A program made the position numbers and the translations under genes. The notes beneath the pieces were generated by a model that saw nothing but the letters and a program-made list of their open reading frames with translations, did not search any database and was not told the DNA's origin. Shown piece by piece: positions 8,760 to 24,600 of a stretch of DNA of 64,000 nucleotides. Each line of letters opens with the position of its first letter. The stretch's first letter is position 1. Origin of the DNA: an uncultured delta proteobacterium (GTDB lineage Bacteria > Desulfobacterota > WTBG01 > CAIYCZ01 > CAIRTM01); assembly GCA_963804955.1 (NCBI GenBank), contig CAWDSQ010000024.1, forward strand, positions 160,001-224,000, in the 5' to 3' direction.

Positions 8760-10223
8760 CTACACCCGCTTCATGTTGGCAATAAGGTCCTTCACGGAAA
8801 CCGTTGCCATGCCCGAGGTGGTATCGGACATGGCATAGGGGATAATCAGCTCCCCGCGGTTGATAAGAGCGCCGCAGGAATACACCACATTGGGCACATA
8901 ACCTTCCCGCTCTTCATCTTTGGGCTTCATGAGCGGCTCGTTCAGCACCGCTGTGACACGGCCGGGCTCTTCCAGGTCCAGGAGAATAGCGCTGATGCTG
9001 TACTGCCGCATGGGCCCGACGCCATGGGTGAGCACAAGCCAGCCTTCCGGGGTTTCCAGGGGCGAGCCGCAATTGCCGATCTGGATGAATTCCCAGGGAC
9101 GGCTGGGCCGCTGTATAATCGTTGATTTCTGCCAGAAGTGCAGGTGATCGGAAAACATTATATGATTGTTTTCGTTATCCTGCCGCGACAGCATCACATA
9201 TTTGCCCTTGATGCGCCGGGGAAACAGGGCCATGCCCTTGTTCTGTATGGCGCGGCCGTTGAGCGTTATCATTTTAATCGTGAGGAAGTCCCTGGTTTCG
9301 ATAAGCTGGGGCAGTATGACAAGCCCGTTATAGGCGGTGTACGTGGCGTAATAGGTCACCTGGCCGTCATCATCCACAAATCTCACGAACCGCGCGTCTT
9401 CAATGCCGCTGCGCTCATTTTCTGAGGCCGGGAAAATGACCCGCTCCGAGAGCGGGCTTGCCGGGTTGAACTTCAGCTCATAGTTTGACCGCGCAAGCCA
9501 CTGCACCACGTCCAAACTTTCATCGCGCTGTTTTTCGGTGAAGGCGCTCTCCCTCTCGAGCAGCATGATCTGCTCGCGGAGCTGATTATAGTTAAAATCC
9601 TCCGGCAGCCGGTCCAGCAGGCTCGTGGTTATTTCATTGCATGCCTGCATTTCATTGAGCTTGAGCTGAAACAGATGTTTGTTGTACGTGGTGTCGAGCT
9701 CCAGCTCGGCCCGCTCAACAAAATCGCTGACCGCGTCAAAGGCAATGGCATTATTTTCATCGATGATGCCGCTTCTGAACTCGATTGAGGAAATATGCCC
9801 CTCACCGACTGCGCGCAGGCTCATGATAAAGCGTATGGCCCCGGTATTAAGGCCGCATTGATCCGGATGCAGGACTATGGAGGGATTGAACAGCGCTGCC
9901 GAGTCAATTGAATACTCCATGGTGAAATAGGCGCCGATCAGCTGCTGCTTTACATCCGAGACCTGGTCTTCCGGCATCATCAGGCGGGAAACAACCGTGA
10001 AATGGCGCCGGAATACATCATCGATATTGCGGTGCCTTTCTGAAAACTCCGCGTACACGCGGTCAAGAAGAGCAGCGGCTTCCTGATCGGGCATGCGCAT
10101 AACCCGCTTGATGATCCGCAGGATGCGGACCGCCCGGTGCGGCAGATGCAGCCGCGTAATGACTCTGGTCGGGTCCCGCTCGATGCGTTTTCTTCTGCGC
10201 CGTACTATCGGCATGCCGTCCAT
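8760..10223 (-). CDS. Glycoside hydrolase family 130-like (mannoside phosphorylase/glycosidase)
   Basis: LFNPSIV, IEDARFVRF, YYATYTAY, NKGMALFP, GNCGSP, GYVPNVVYSCG. Confidence 0.85.
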   Translation of the reverse strand: MDGMPIVRRRRKRIERDPTRVITRLHLPHRAVRILRIIKRVMRMPDQEAAALLDRVYAEFSERHRNIDDVFRRHFTVVSRLMMPEDQVSDVKQQLIGAYFTMEYSIDSAALFNPSIVLHPDQCGLNTGAIRFIMSLRAVGEGHISSIEFRSGIIDENNAIAFDAVSDFVERAELELDTTYNKHLFQLKLNEMQACNEITTSLLDRLPEDFNYNQLREQIMLLERESAFTEKQRDESLDVVQWLARSNYELKFNPASPLSERVIFPASENERSGIEDARFVRFVDDDGQVTYYATYTAYNGLVILPQLIETRDFLTIKMITLNGRAIQNKGMALFPRRIKGKYVMLSRQDNENNHIMFSDHLHFWQKSTIIQRPSRPWEFIQIGNCGSPLETPEGWLVLTHGVGPMRQYSISAILLDLEEPGRVTAVLNEPLMKPKDEEREGYVPNVVYSCGALINRGELIIPYAMSDTTSGMATVSVKDLIANMKRV

Positions 10224-10531
10224 TAAACACCTCCATCATTGAATGTTGCCTGTCCACCGGCCGGTCAATATGCCGGCAGGGGACACGGTACTCAAACCAG
10301 CGGATCATGACTTTTTAGTTTAACACACCTCACCTGATGGCAGGGCGGTGAAAGGAAGAATATTTGACTGATAATTTTAAATGCCATGGACCTCTCGTTA
10401 TAGTCTCCATTGCTGTATTGTACCACATGTTGCTAATTTCAGCCTGAGATATCAACCTGAGCTTGCTCTGTGCGAAGTCGAAGCAAGCAGGATGATTCCT
10501 ATATTTTTTCTGTACGCCGCAAAAAAAAACG

Positions 10532-10565
10532 AAAAACCCTGCTGAACATAGTCAGCAGGGTTTTT
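10532..10565. terminator. Rho-independent terminator of the rrn operon
   Basis: AAAAACCCTGCTGA-ACATAG-TCAGCAGGGTTTTT. Confidence 0.85.
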
Positions 10566-10574
10566 CAATAAAAA

Positions 10575-10690
<116 letters not shown>

Positions 10691-10763
10691 AATAAGTCTT
10701 ACATATGGAAGATATTGAGATTATAAGCAGCGCTGATCGCTGTAATTTAACAAGTAAAGATAA

Positions 10764-13785
<3,022 letters not shown>

Positions 13786-13917
13786 ATGCTTGAGAAATTA
13801 CTTTGATCAACGCTATTATAATCTCAATTTTCCATATGTAATTTTCAAAGAACGGTATTAAAACAGCAAGTGACTGCTTTTTCTAAAAAAGCTTTCGCCT
13901 GCGGCTTTAATGGGGTA

Positions 13918-13990
13918 TGGAGGTAATCGGACTCGAACCGATGGCCCCCTGCGTGCAAAGCAGGTGCTCTCCCAACTGAGCTATACCCCC
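13918..13990 (-). tRNA. tRNA-Ala(TGC), CCA not encoded
   Basis: GGGGGTATAGCTCAGTTGGGAGAGCACCTGCTTTGCACGCAGG...TACCTCCA. Confidence 0.95.
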
Positions 13991-13997
13991 TATTTCA

Positions 13998-14071
13998 TGG
14001 GCCTGGGTAGATTCGAACTACCGACCTCACGCTTATCAGGCGTGCGCTCTTACCAGCTGAGCTACAGGCCC
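13998..14071 (-). tRNA. tRNA-Ile(GAT), CCA not encoded
   Basis: GGGCCTGTAGCTCAGCTGGTAAGAGCGCACGCCTGATAAGCGTG...CAGGCCCA. Confidence 0.95.
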
Positions 14072-14175
14072 ATAATTCAACCTGTACCCGAAGGCTTAAA
14101 AAAAAAGATAAATAGAGAAGGTAACTGCTCGTGAGTTATTTTGCTGCTTGTGTTGCTTATTTGGTTATTACACCA

Positions 14176-15740
<1,565 letters not shown>

Positions 15741-15789
15741 ATTTTTTGAAAAGTTTTAACTCAAAAGACAATTAACCTTCTCTATTTAT

Positions 15790-15800
15790 TTCAAAGAACA
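15790..15800 (-). promoter_or_regulatory. boxA antitermination motif (second copy in the ITS near 13845)
   Basis: TGTTCTTTGAA on the minus strand in the rrn leader. Confidence 0.6.
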
Positions 15801-15822
15801 TAGTGCTCTAAGGCATCTACTC

Positions 15823-15850
15823 ATTATATCCGAGTAAATTGTTTTGTCAA
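15823..15850 (-). promoter_or_regulatory. rrn P2 promoter
   Basis: TTGACA-N16-TATAAT. Confidence 0.85.
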
Positions 15851-15958
15851 CTTTTTTTTAAAAGTTTTTCATGCCTAATTGCAGCGCAAGCAAGGAACTT
15901 GAAAACTGCATAAAGACAATCACTGACGTGCCAAAGAACAACATAAAATTATCTTGTC

Positions 15959-15987
15959 ATTATATCGTATCTAAATGATTTTGTCAA
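15959..15987 (-). promoter_or_regulatory. rrn P1 promoter with AT-rich UP element
   Basis: TTGACA-N17-TATAAT preceded by A-tracts. Confidence 0.85.
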
Positions 15988-16073
15988 ATCTTTTTTCATT
16001 TTTTTCATTTTTTTTGCATCTTGCTGAAATAGCTTACTTTTTTAATGCTTGCCATAAAAAAAACCGGTAGAAT

Positions 16074-17298
16074 TTACCGAATTTCTATCTTATGAAAACG
16101 CTTTTTGCCGGCACGCAGCATGATAATGCCGTTTTTAACGTGAGCAGGGTGTAATCCTTGTGTCAAATTGATCAAGCCGCTCTCCATTGATATAAGCGCC
16201 GCCTTCGGCAACAAGGCGCCGGGCATCACTGCGGGAACTGCAGAGGCCGGCTTCGGTAAAGAGCATAAATGCCGCTACCCCCTCTTCCAGCCGGCGTGGC
16301 TCAACGACCGTTGTCGGCACAGAGTCCAGATTTGCCCCGTCACCATAAAAAACGCTGCGGGCGCTTTCCTGCGCCTGTGCAGCTGCATCGCTGCCGTGGG
16401 TTATGGCTGTTGCCTCAAATGCCAGCCGCTGCTTTGCTGTATTAATATTTGCTCCCTGCGCAGTCAGACAGCCTATCTCTTCCATGGAAAGAAAGGTAAA
16501 AAACGCAAGAAAGCGGGCGACATCGCGGTCATCGGCATTTACCCAGTACTGATAATATTCATAGGCGGAGGTTCTTTCGGCATCAAGCCAGACAGCCCCC
16601 TTCTCCGTTTTCCCCATTTTGGCCCCTGCAGCCGTCGTAATCAGCGGAAAGGTCAGCCCGTAGGATTCCCTGCCTTCAACACGGCGGATAAGGTCAATGC
16701 CGGCTACAATATTACCCCACTGGTCATTGCCGCCTATCTGCAGCATGCAGGTATGATTTTGATTAAGATACAGAAAATCATATGACTGCAGAAGCATGTA
16801 ATTAAACTCAATAAAGTTCAGTCCTGTTTCGAGACGCTTTTTATATGACTCGGCGGCTATCATTCTGTTGACGCTGAAATGCCTGCCGATATCGCGCAAA
16901 AAATCTATATAGCGCACCGGCACGAGCCAGTCGGCATTATTGAGCAGCATCGCGGCAGAGCCGCCGCTGAAATCGATATACCGGGCAAACTGCTCTTTTA
17001 TTTTTTTACCGTTTTCCTCGACCTCTTCACAGGAAAGGATTTTACGCATCTCATTCTTGCCGCTGGGATCACCGATCAGCGCCGTGCCGCCGCCCAGAAG
17101 AACGATGGGGCGATGACCGGCCCGCTGCATATGGGCAAGGGCCATAATCGGCAGCAAATGGCCCACATGCAGGCTCGAAGCCGTCGGGTCAAAGCCGGCA
17201 TAGCAGGTAAGCGGCCCTTGAAGCGCATCTCGAAGAGCCGGCTCATTGGTCACCTGCTCGACAAAGCCGCGTTCTTTGAGAATGTCGTAAATGCTCAT
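16074..17298 (-). CDS. tyrS: Tyrosine-tRNA ligase; frameshift near 16148
   Basis: GFDPTASSLHVGH, QIGGNDQWGN, KMGKT; C-terminus MLRAGKKRFHKIEIR* in another frame. Confidence 0.95.
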
Positions 17299-17394
17299 AG
17301 CGAACTCCGCCTTTTTAAATGTAAAACTATAAATCCTGTTTGCAGTGCAGCTCAGGTTACTGTTTACGCATACGCCATCATCTGCGCAAAACTC

Positions 17395-17422
17395 GCAGGG
17401 GCGGTTCGCGAACCGCCCCTAC
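17395..17422. repeat. GTAG-type REP palindrome
   Basis: Perfect 24-bp palindrome AGGGGCGGTTCGCGAACCGCCCCT ending in CTAC. Confidence 0.75.
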
Positions 17423-17499
17423 ATTTTCATATCAGATTGCAGGTTGGGCTGCGCCCACCTTATCAATACCCTGCGCAGCCGCTACTACGGCTGAAACCA

Positions 17500-19063
17500 T
17501 TACTTTGCATACTCAATTGCGCGGGTCTCACGTATGACGGTGACTTTTATCTGCCCCGGATAGGTAAGGGACTCCTCAATCTTCTTGGCAAGATCCTTTG
17601 AAAGAACCACCGCGCCATCATCGTTTATATCGCCGCTTTCAACCATGACACGTATTTCGCGGCCGGCCTGCACGGCATAGGATTTGCTGACGCCCTTAAA
17701 GGCATTGGCAATATCCTCAAGGTCCCGGAGATGCTTGACATAGGTCATCAGCATTTCGCGCCGGGCCCCCGGCCGCGCTGCGGACAGGGCATCAGCGGCC
17801 TGCACAAGCACCGCAAGCACGGTCTGCGCCTTGACATCATCATGATGGGCAGCTATGGCATGAATGATCTCTTCAGCCTCGCCGTGCTTCTTTGCAAGGT
17901 CGGCGCCGATAAGGGCGTGCGACCCTTCAACTTCATGATCAACGGCTTTGCCGATATCATGCAGCAGCCCCGCACGCTTGGCAGACTTGACATTGATGCC
18001 GAGTTCGGATGCCATCATGCCGCACAGGTAGGAGACCTCCAGAGAGTGCTGGAGCACATTCTGATCATAGCTGGTGCGGAATTTCAATCGTCCCAGCAGG
18101 CGCAGCAGCTCGGGATTTATTTTCTGAATGCCGACATCAAAGGTTACCTGCTCTCCGGCCTCCCGAATGGTGTTGTCCACCTCGCCCCTGACCTTCTCCA
18201 CGATCTCTTCTATCCGCGAGGGGTGAATGCGGCCGTCGGTAATCAGTTTTTCCAGAGCGATGCGCGCAACTTCGCGACGTATAGGATCAAAGGATGATAT
18301 CAGTATTGTTTCAGGCGTATCGTCAATGATCAGATCAACGCCGGTAATCTGCTCAATAGCGCGGATATTGCGGCCTTCGCGGCCGATAATGCGCCCCTTC
18401 ATCTCATCATTGGGAAGGGCCACCACGGATACGGTCTTCTCTGCGACATAATCGGCGCTGTAGCGCTGTATGGCTATGGCAATGATATTGCGGGCAATCT
18501 TATCGGCATTCTCTTTGGTTTCCTCCTCGATCCTGCGTATGGTTCGTGCAGACTCATGCTTGGCCTCATTTTCCAGGTTTTGCATCAGAATCTTTTTCGC
18601 CTCCTCGGAGGTCATGCCCGATATGCGCTCAAGCTTACGCTTCTGCTCTTCAAGAGACTGCGTATACTGGTCCTCCATGTCCTTCACGGCCTTTTCCTGC
18701 GCCGAAAGGGTCTTTTCACGTTTTGCAATGGTGATTTCCTTCTGATCGACCAGTCCGACCTTCTTTTCGAGGTTTTCCTCCCTCTGCGCAAGCCGCTTTT
18801 CCTGCTTTTGCATTTCGAACTTCTTGTTGCGCGACTCCTTTTCAAACTCTGCCTTTGTGCGGTACAGCTCTTCTTTGGCCTGCAGTTTGGCCTCCTTTCA
18901 CAAGCGTGTCTGCTTCCTTTTTTGCTTCATTTATAAGCTTGCCGACCGTCTCTTCAGCAGAAGATATTTTATTTTCTATAATTTTTTTTCTTAGAAAAAA
19001 TCCTACGACGATTCCGGCGACAGCACCGGAGATACCGGCTAGTGCTATGTATATCGGGTCCAA
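17500..19063 (-). CDS. rny: Ribonuclease Y; frameshifted near 18850-18900
   Basis: N-terminal TM segment, KH motif [16 protein letters not shown] motif [28 protein letters not shown]. Confidence 0.95.
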
Positions 19064-19216
19064 AGTTATTCCTCCTTTATCTGATTATTATATGTAGCAG
19101 CCGTAAGGCGATGTTACGACCGGTTGCTCGTATACCAAGCATATCTTTAACCGGCACATTCATCAACTTTACGCTGATGAGCAGCACCTGCACTGAAAAA
19201 AATTCCCGGACTTGTG

Positions 19217-19434
19217 AGAACTGTGAACGGAATGAAAGGCTGGCTGCAGAAGGTCTTTTACAATAAAAACATTATGCGGATTTATAGCTGCTGTTAGAAA
19301 CACATCCCATTGAATGAACAGGCATTAAAAACAAACCATCGTATATGCCCTGTGGGTACTCTGTATAAATGTTTAAAGGCCTTACACACCTTTTTTAAGC
19401 TCTTTTACTCCGCTATGCTTTCATTCACAGTTCT
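19217..19434. ncRNA. Candidate rod-shaped structured RNA (6S RNA-like position)
   Basis: Nested complementary segments with a central bubble, located between zapA and rny. Confidence 0.35.
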
Positions 19435-19553
19435 GTCTGAAAATCTATACACAAGGGCTTTTTAAATCCCCATATTAAAAAACAGTTCCCTCCAAGAAAA
19501 ATTTTATATAATTAATAGAATTTAACCGTATAGGTGAAACGAGTATACATACT

Positions 19554-19832
19554 TTACAATCGCGAATCAATCAGTTTTACAAGCCGCTCAGAATCCGCCT
19601 CAATGCTTCCGGCCAGACTCTTTAGTGCATCATCCTTTTTAATACAGTCATCTGCAAGATTTAAGGCCACCAGAACCATCAGGTTGAACGTATCTGCCGT
19701 CGCCCCTGTTTTGCGAGCCTGATCTATCTGATCATTAAGGAAATTTTCAACGCGCGCCACATGCTCTGCGTCATGTGTGCCCTTGAGCAGATAGGTCTGC
19801 CCCATTACCGTTATTTGAAAACTTTCCCCCAT
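19554..19832 (-). CDS. zapA: Cell division protein ZapA
   Basis: ITVMGQTYLLKG...VLVALNLADD; synteny with rny. Confidence 0.85.
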   Translation of the reverse strand: MGESFQITVMGQTYLLKGTHDAEHVARVENFLNDQIDQARKTGATADTFNLMVLVALNLADDCIKKDDALKSLAGSIEADSERLVKLIDSRL

Positions 19833-19847
19833 CTAGATATACCTATG

Positions 19848-20075
19848 CTATATGCCGAGCTCCTCGATTTTAGCCAGTATTGCATCTACCCGCTGACTGA
19901 CCGCACCACGCTCACTGGAGAACTCATCTATTTTTTTAATCATCTGGTCGCGCTCCTGTGCGTGAGCAGATATCTGCTGCTCAATTGCCTCTTTTTCTTT
20001 TACAACGGTTTCATACTTTTCAATAATCAGTTCAACCTTGTGAGCCAGCGTATCAAATGCATTCAGAGTATCCAT
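19848..20075 (-). CDS. zapB: ZapB-like coiled-coil protein
   Basis: Short all-coiled-coil ORF ending ER..V..RVD.IL.KIE, directly upstream of zapA. Confidence 0.65.
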   Translation of the reverse strand: MDTLNAFDTLAHKVELIIEKYETVVKEKEAIEQQISAHAQERDQMIKKIDEFSSERGAVSQRVDAILAKIEELGI

Positions 20076-20319
20076 CCATAACCTCAAGCAATTAAATTAA
20101 TATTTTACCAGTTAAGTTAAAAGGTTATATGCTAAAAGTCAAGCTGTTTCTTAAGGCAACAGCAACCCTCGTAGCAGTTGGCTTGATGTAGCCTTAAAAG
20201 GGCATACTAAAAAAAACACGCTGTGTTGCCGTTGCCTTCTCCAGGGATACATCGCCACAGGCGATGGTTTGCGTGAAGACAATGAAACAGCAGCCCCTGA
20301 CCATCAATGGTCATTCCAT

Positions 20320-21384
20320 TTACAGACGGAACACCTGCCAGTTAAAAGATTGAATTTTCTTTACTTTTTCTATACTCGAGCGGGTCGCCGGCAGAATCAT
20401 GGAATCTTCAAAAAAACCTGCATGCGTATCGGCCGGTGACCCGCAGCTATCGCTCAATGCACGAAGGGTTTGCTTAACTGATTGCGCAATGCCTTGCAGA
20501 TGATAGCCGCCCTCAAGGACAAACAGCAGCCTGCCGCCGCATACAGTTTCAGCGAGTTGCCTGATAATCCTTGTCATGTCATAAAAACCCTGAGGGGTGA
20601 CATCCATAGTACCAAGCGGATCATGCTGGTAAATGTCAAACCCCGCTGACACCAGCACAAATTGGGGCTGGTACTCAACGGCAAGCGGCACAAGTATCTC
20701 ATTGAAAATACTTGCATAATCACCGTCGCCCTGCCCACCTGACAGAGGAACATTTACCGTAAAACCCCGGCCTGCATTTTCCCCTGTCTCTTCAAAAGCA
20801 CCTGTTCCCGGATAGTAGGGATACTGGTGAGTCGACACATACAGCACCCGCGGGTCAGCATAAAAAGAGTGCTGCGTTCCGTTGCCGTGATGGATATCCC
20901 AGTCGACAATCAGAACCCGCTGCATTTTATGCTTTTCAAGCAAATAACGGGCTCCGATAGCTGCATTATTAAAAAGGCAGAATCCCATTGCATGGCTGTT
21001 TTCGGCATGATGACCCGGGGGGCGAACCAGAGCAAAACCATTATCGGCCGCACCTGAAAGTATCATATCAATACCGTCCAGCACTGCGCCCACAGCATGT
21101 GCAGCTGCATCCCAGGAACCTTCAGACGTGCCCGTATCGGGATCAAGACTAGAGGGCGGCCTGCCTGCCGTGGCGGCTATACGCTCTATATATGCCGGAG
21201 AATGATTCAGGGCAATTTCAGCTTTTGTTGCCCTTCGCGGTGAAATCTCTTCGAAACATCCTGCCATATCCCCGTCCTGAAGCATGGCATAGATTGCTTC
21301 CAGACGCTCAGGACTCTCCGGATGGCCATGCTGCGTTACATGGCCAAGGAAGCATGTGTCCTTAAAAATAACGGTTCTTCCCAT
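20320..21384 (-). CDS. Histone deacetylase-family (class II-like) Zn amidohydrolase
   Basis: HPESPERL, RPPGHHA, GFCLFNN, DWDIHHGNGTQ, SAGFD...DPL, LEGGY. Confidence 0.93.
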   Translation of the reverse strand: MGRTVIFKDTCFLGHVTQHGHPESPERLEAIYAMLQDGDMAGCFEEISPRRATKAEIALNHSPAYIERIAATAGRPPSSLDPDTGTSEGSWDAAAHAVGAVLDGIDMILSGAADNGFALVRPPGHHAENSHAMGFCLFNNAAIGARYLLEKHKMQRVLIVDWDIHHGNGTQHSFYADPRVLYVSTHQYPYYPGTGAFEETGENAGRGFTVNVPLSGGQGDGDYASIFNEILVPLAVEYQPQFVLVSAGFDIYQHDPLGTMDVTPQGFYDMTRIIRQLAETVCGGRLLFVLEGGYHLQGIAQSVKQTLRALSDSCGSPADTHAGFFEDSMILPATRSSIEKVKKIQSFNWQVFRL

Positions 21385-21499
21385 GGCATTGCTCCGCTAT
21401 AATTTATTCCGGATGTTATGTTGACAATACTGTAAAAAGCGGCTACAAACAACAAAAAGATTTAATAAAATACCACTATAAAAACAGGCTGTAGTAACT

Positions 21500-21751
21500 A
21501 TGTTCGGCTTGGGATTTCAGGAAATTATTATCATCCTCGTTGTTGCGCTGCTTATTATCGGGCCGCGCAAGCTGCCTGATCTGGCAAAATCGCTGGGCAA
21601 AGCATTTCGTGAATTCAAGCATGCAACAGACGACATCAAACAGAATTTTGATCTTGACTCGCTGACACGGGAAGCCCCCCCTCCCCTATCAAAAAAAACA
21701 TCCCCGACTGACGACGAAGCGCAAAAAACAGATCACAAAGAACCCGCGTAA
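21500..21751 (+). CDS. tatA: Twin-arginine translocase TatA/TatB subunit
   Basis: MFGLGFQEI...IIGPRKLPDLAKSLGK. Confidence 0.85.
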   Translation: MFGLGFQEIIIILVVALLIIGPRKLPDLAKSLGKAFREFKHATDDIKQNFDLDSLTREAPPPLSKKTSPTDDEAQKTDHKEPA

Positions 21752-22488
21752 TGGAAGAAGAAAAACTCCCCCTGACCTCACATCTGGAAGAACTGCGCAA
21801 ACGCCTGGTAATCAGCCTTATCGCTACGGGCATCGGTTTCTGTGCCTGCTACGGATTCTCAGAGCAGATATTTCTACTGTTATCCGCCCCGCTTATTAAA
21901 GCCATGCCCGAAGGCAGCTCGTTCATATTCACCGGCGTTACGGAAGCCTTTTTCACCTACCTGAAGCTTGCTTTCTTTGCAGGGATATTTGTCGCGAGCC
22001 CTGTCATTATTTACCAGATATGGGCCTTCGTCGCCCCCGGTCTGTATGAAAAGGAGCGCAGCAGCATACTGCCGTTTGTCTTTCTGGCTGTTTTCTTCTT
22101 TATCGGCGGAACGGCTTTCGGCTATTTCATCGTCTTTCCCTCGGCCTTCAAGTTTTTCCTCACCTATAATACGCAGTATGTAAAAATCATGCCCTCAATA
22201 GGTGAATACCTTTCTTTCAGCTGCATTTTTCTGCTGGCATTCGGCGTTGTATTTGAAATGCCGGTCTTCATAATCTGTCTGGCCCGTCTCGGGATCATTA
22301 CCCATAATCAACTTCGAAAATACCGCAAAATGGTCATTATAGGTATTTTCATCTCTGCGGCAATACTGACGCCGACGCCGGATGCAGTCAATCAATTGCT
22401 GATGGCCGTGCCAATGCTGGTTTTATACGAGCTGAGTATTATTGCCGTACGGTTTTTTGAAAAAAAAAGGAGAGCTCAAATTGATTAG
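21751..22488 (+). CDS. tatC: Twin-arginine translocase TatC
   Basis: HLEELRKRL, QIWAFVAPGLY, FEMP, LTPTPD, LYE. Confidence 0.96.
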   Translation: MEEEKLPLTSHLEELRKRLVISLIATGIGFCACYGFSEQIFLLLSAPLIKAMPEGSSFIFTGVTEAFFTYLKLAFFAGIFVASPVIIYQIWAFVAPGLYEKERSSILPFVFLAVFFFIGGTAFGYFIVFPSAFKFFLTYNTQYVKIMPSIGEYLSFSCIFLLAFGVVFEMPVFIICLARLGIITHNQLRKYRKMVIIGIFISAAILTPTPDAVNQLLMAVPMLVLYELSIIAVRFFEKKRRAQID

Positions 22489-23593
22489 CTGAGTTTCTGC
22501 AGTTTTTTTCTGAATGCCGCCATAAGCCGATACCCGTCATGAACCGGCTGTTCTGCAAGCTGCTGCAAAATTTTTTTCTCCATGCGCGATATCTTTTTGG
22601 GCATTTCGATATGAAAGCGGTACACCATGTCCCCCTGTTTGCCGCTCTTCTCAGACACAGCCCCCGTGCCTTTAAGCCGAACCTCAGCTCCGCTCTGTAA
22701 GCCTCTTGCAATCTTTATCTTTTTTACACCTTCAAGAGCAGGCACCGTCACATATCCTCCCAGCATGGCCTGATAGAATGGAATTGGAACAGAACAGATA
22801 ATATCAAGGCCGTCGCGCTCAAAAAACGGGTGCTTTTCCACATGCACAACGACCATAAAATCACCCGCTGCGCCACCATCCCGGCCCCGCAGCCCCATAC
22901 CGCGCACCTGGAGCCGTGCTCCGGTTTCTACACCGCCTGGAATTTTTATGTGAACCGGCCGCTCAGACCAGGCAGTGCCTTTTCCTTTGCACCGCGGGCA
23001 CTGCGCAGTGGCTGTTTTCCCCGCTCCCTTACAGGCTGTGCATTGATGCGGCAGGCCGCGCCGGTCGTTGACCTGGCCACTGCCCCGGCATTGCGCACAG
23101 GCAACCAGCTTTGAGCCGGCCCGTATTCCTGTGCCACGGCACTGCGGGCAGGACTCCCAAAAAGGGGATATGAATCTCGGCATCGCATCCGAGGGCGGCA
23201 TCTCTGAAACTCACTTTCAGATTCCGCCGAAGGTCATGCCCCTTTATTGCCTCTATTTTTGGGCCCGTCCTGTCGAAAATAAAACCCCTCATAAAAATCA
23301 CGCAGCATTTCGTCACGGGGCATATAAAAATCGTTGCGCGGCGGGGGCGTGGTTTCGCGGCGTTTAAACTCAGCGGCCTGACGGCGCACAACCATATCAT
23401 ATTCGATGCGTTTCTCAGCATTGCCAATGGTTGCATAGGCCTCATTCACGAGCTTGAATTTCTCTTCGGCAAGTTCATCACCCTGATTTCTGTCAGGGTG
23501 ATAGTTCATCGCAAGGCTTCGGTAGGCTTTCTTTATAGAGGCTGCGCTTGCCGTATGCTCAACACCCAGCACCCTGTAGTAATCAGGCTTCAC
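22485..23593 (-). CDS. DnaJ-family chaperone paralog (J domain, Zn finger, C-terminal domain); frameshifted near 23190-23240
   Basis: DYYRVLGV...YHPDRN; four CxxCxGxG repeats; [16 protein letters not shown] start overlaps the upstream stop. Confidence 0.85.
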
Positions 23594-24598
23594 GCGCCCC
23601 CCTGCTGTGCAGCCATCACTTCGGGGTAATAGCACATCGTGGCTCTGCACGAACGCTTGTAGGTTGCCGTATACAGCATGCGGGCGGCTGTGCGATATGC
23701 CGCCTGCGTTGGGCTTTCATCAAGCATGTCCAGAAGGGTTTTAAGAAACTCCACATCGCGCAGCTTGCGCTCAAGGGGGTTTCCGCGCCCGACGACTTTC
23801 AGGCTTCCGATGCCGAGCTTTTTAAATTCATACAGGGCGCAGGCGCCGCAGGGATGGTCGTCAACATGCACGCGCTCCCATATGCGCTGCCGCTCTATCA
23901 TGCAGGCCTGCCGCATGAACGGCACACTCTGATCGCGGGAAGCTATCTGCACCTCAAAAGGCAGCATGCAGGCATTTTTAAACATGGGGGGCACCTCTTT
24001 GCGCGCCAGCCCGTGCTGAAATGTGCAGAAGCCGTCAATATTTATGCAGCGGGAATTGAGAACAAAAGCCGTTGTTTCCATGGGCGGCATCTGCGCCGTA
24101 ATATCCTCTGATTTCCGCAATCGAGAGATGGCGGGGAAAGGTGATATTGCAGGCGCCCAGCTGTTTAAAAAAAGCTGCGGAGCGCCAGTTAAACACCGTG
24201 CCGCCGGTGCTGATATGTATGGCCGCCGGATAGCTCTGTTCTTTTATAAACTGCAGCAGCCCGAAATCGGTAATGATAAAAGCATCAACCCCTGATGCTG
24301 CCGCCTCGTCAAGATACCACCTGATAAGATCGTATTGCGCCTGCGTATAGTAATGCTCATTGACCGTAAAGTATACAGGAATGCCCAGGCCGTGAGCTCT
24401 GCCGACAGCCTCTTTCAAATCTTCAAAGCGCCGAAAATGCCCTTTGCCGGCAGGCCGCCTGTTTATGGATATAACCGGATATTTCTCATACCAGCTGTCT
24501 TCCAGGACTCCGCAGAAGAATTCACCTGCTCCGGCCTTTGCAAGCCCGTCGACTTCTTCGATGCTGTCAAGCGGCGATAGTATCTTCATTGCTTTCAT
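23590..24598 (-). CDS. U32-family (Fe-S) protein; frameshift near 24110
   Basis: KILSPL...[57 protein letters not shown]. Confidence 0.8.
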
Positions 24599-24600
24599 AC

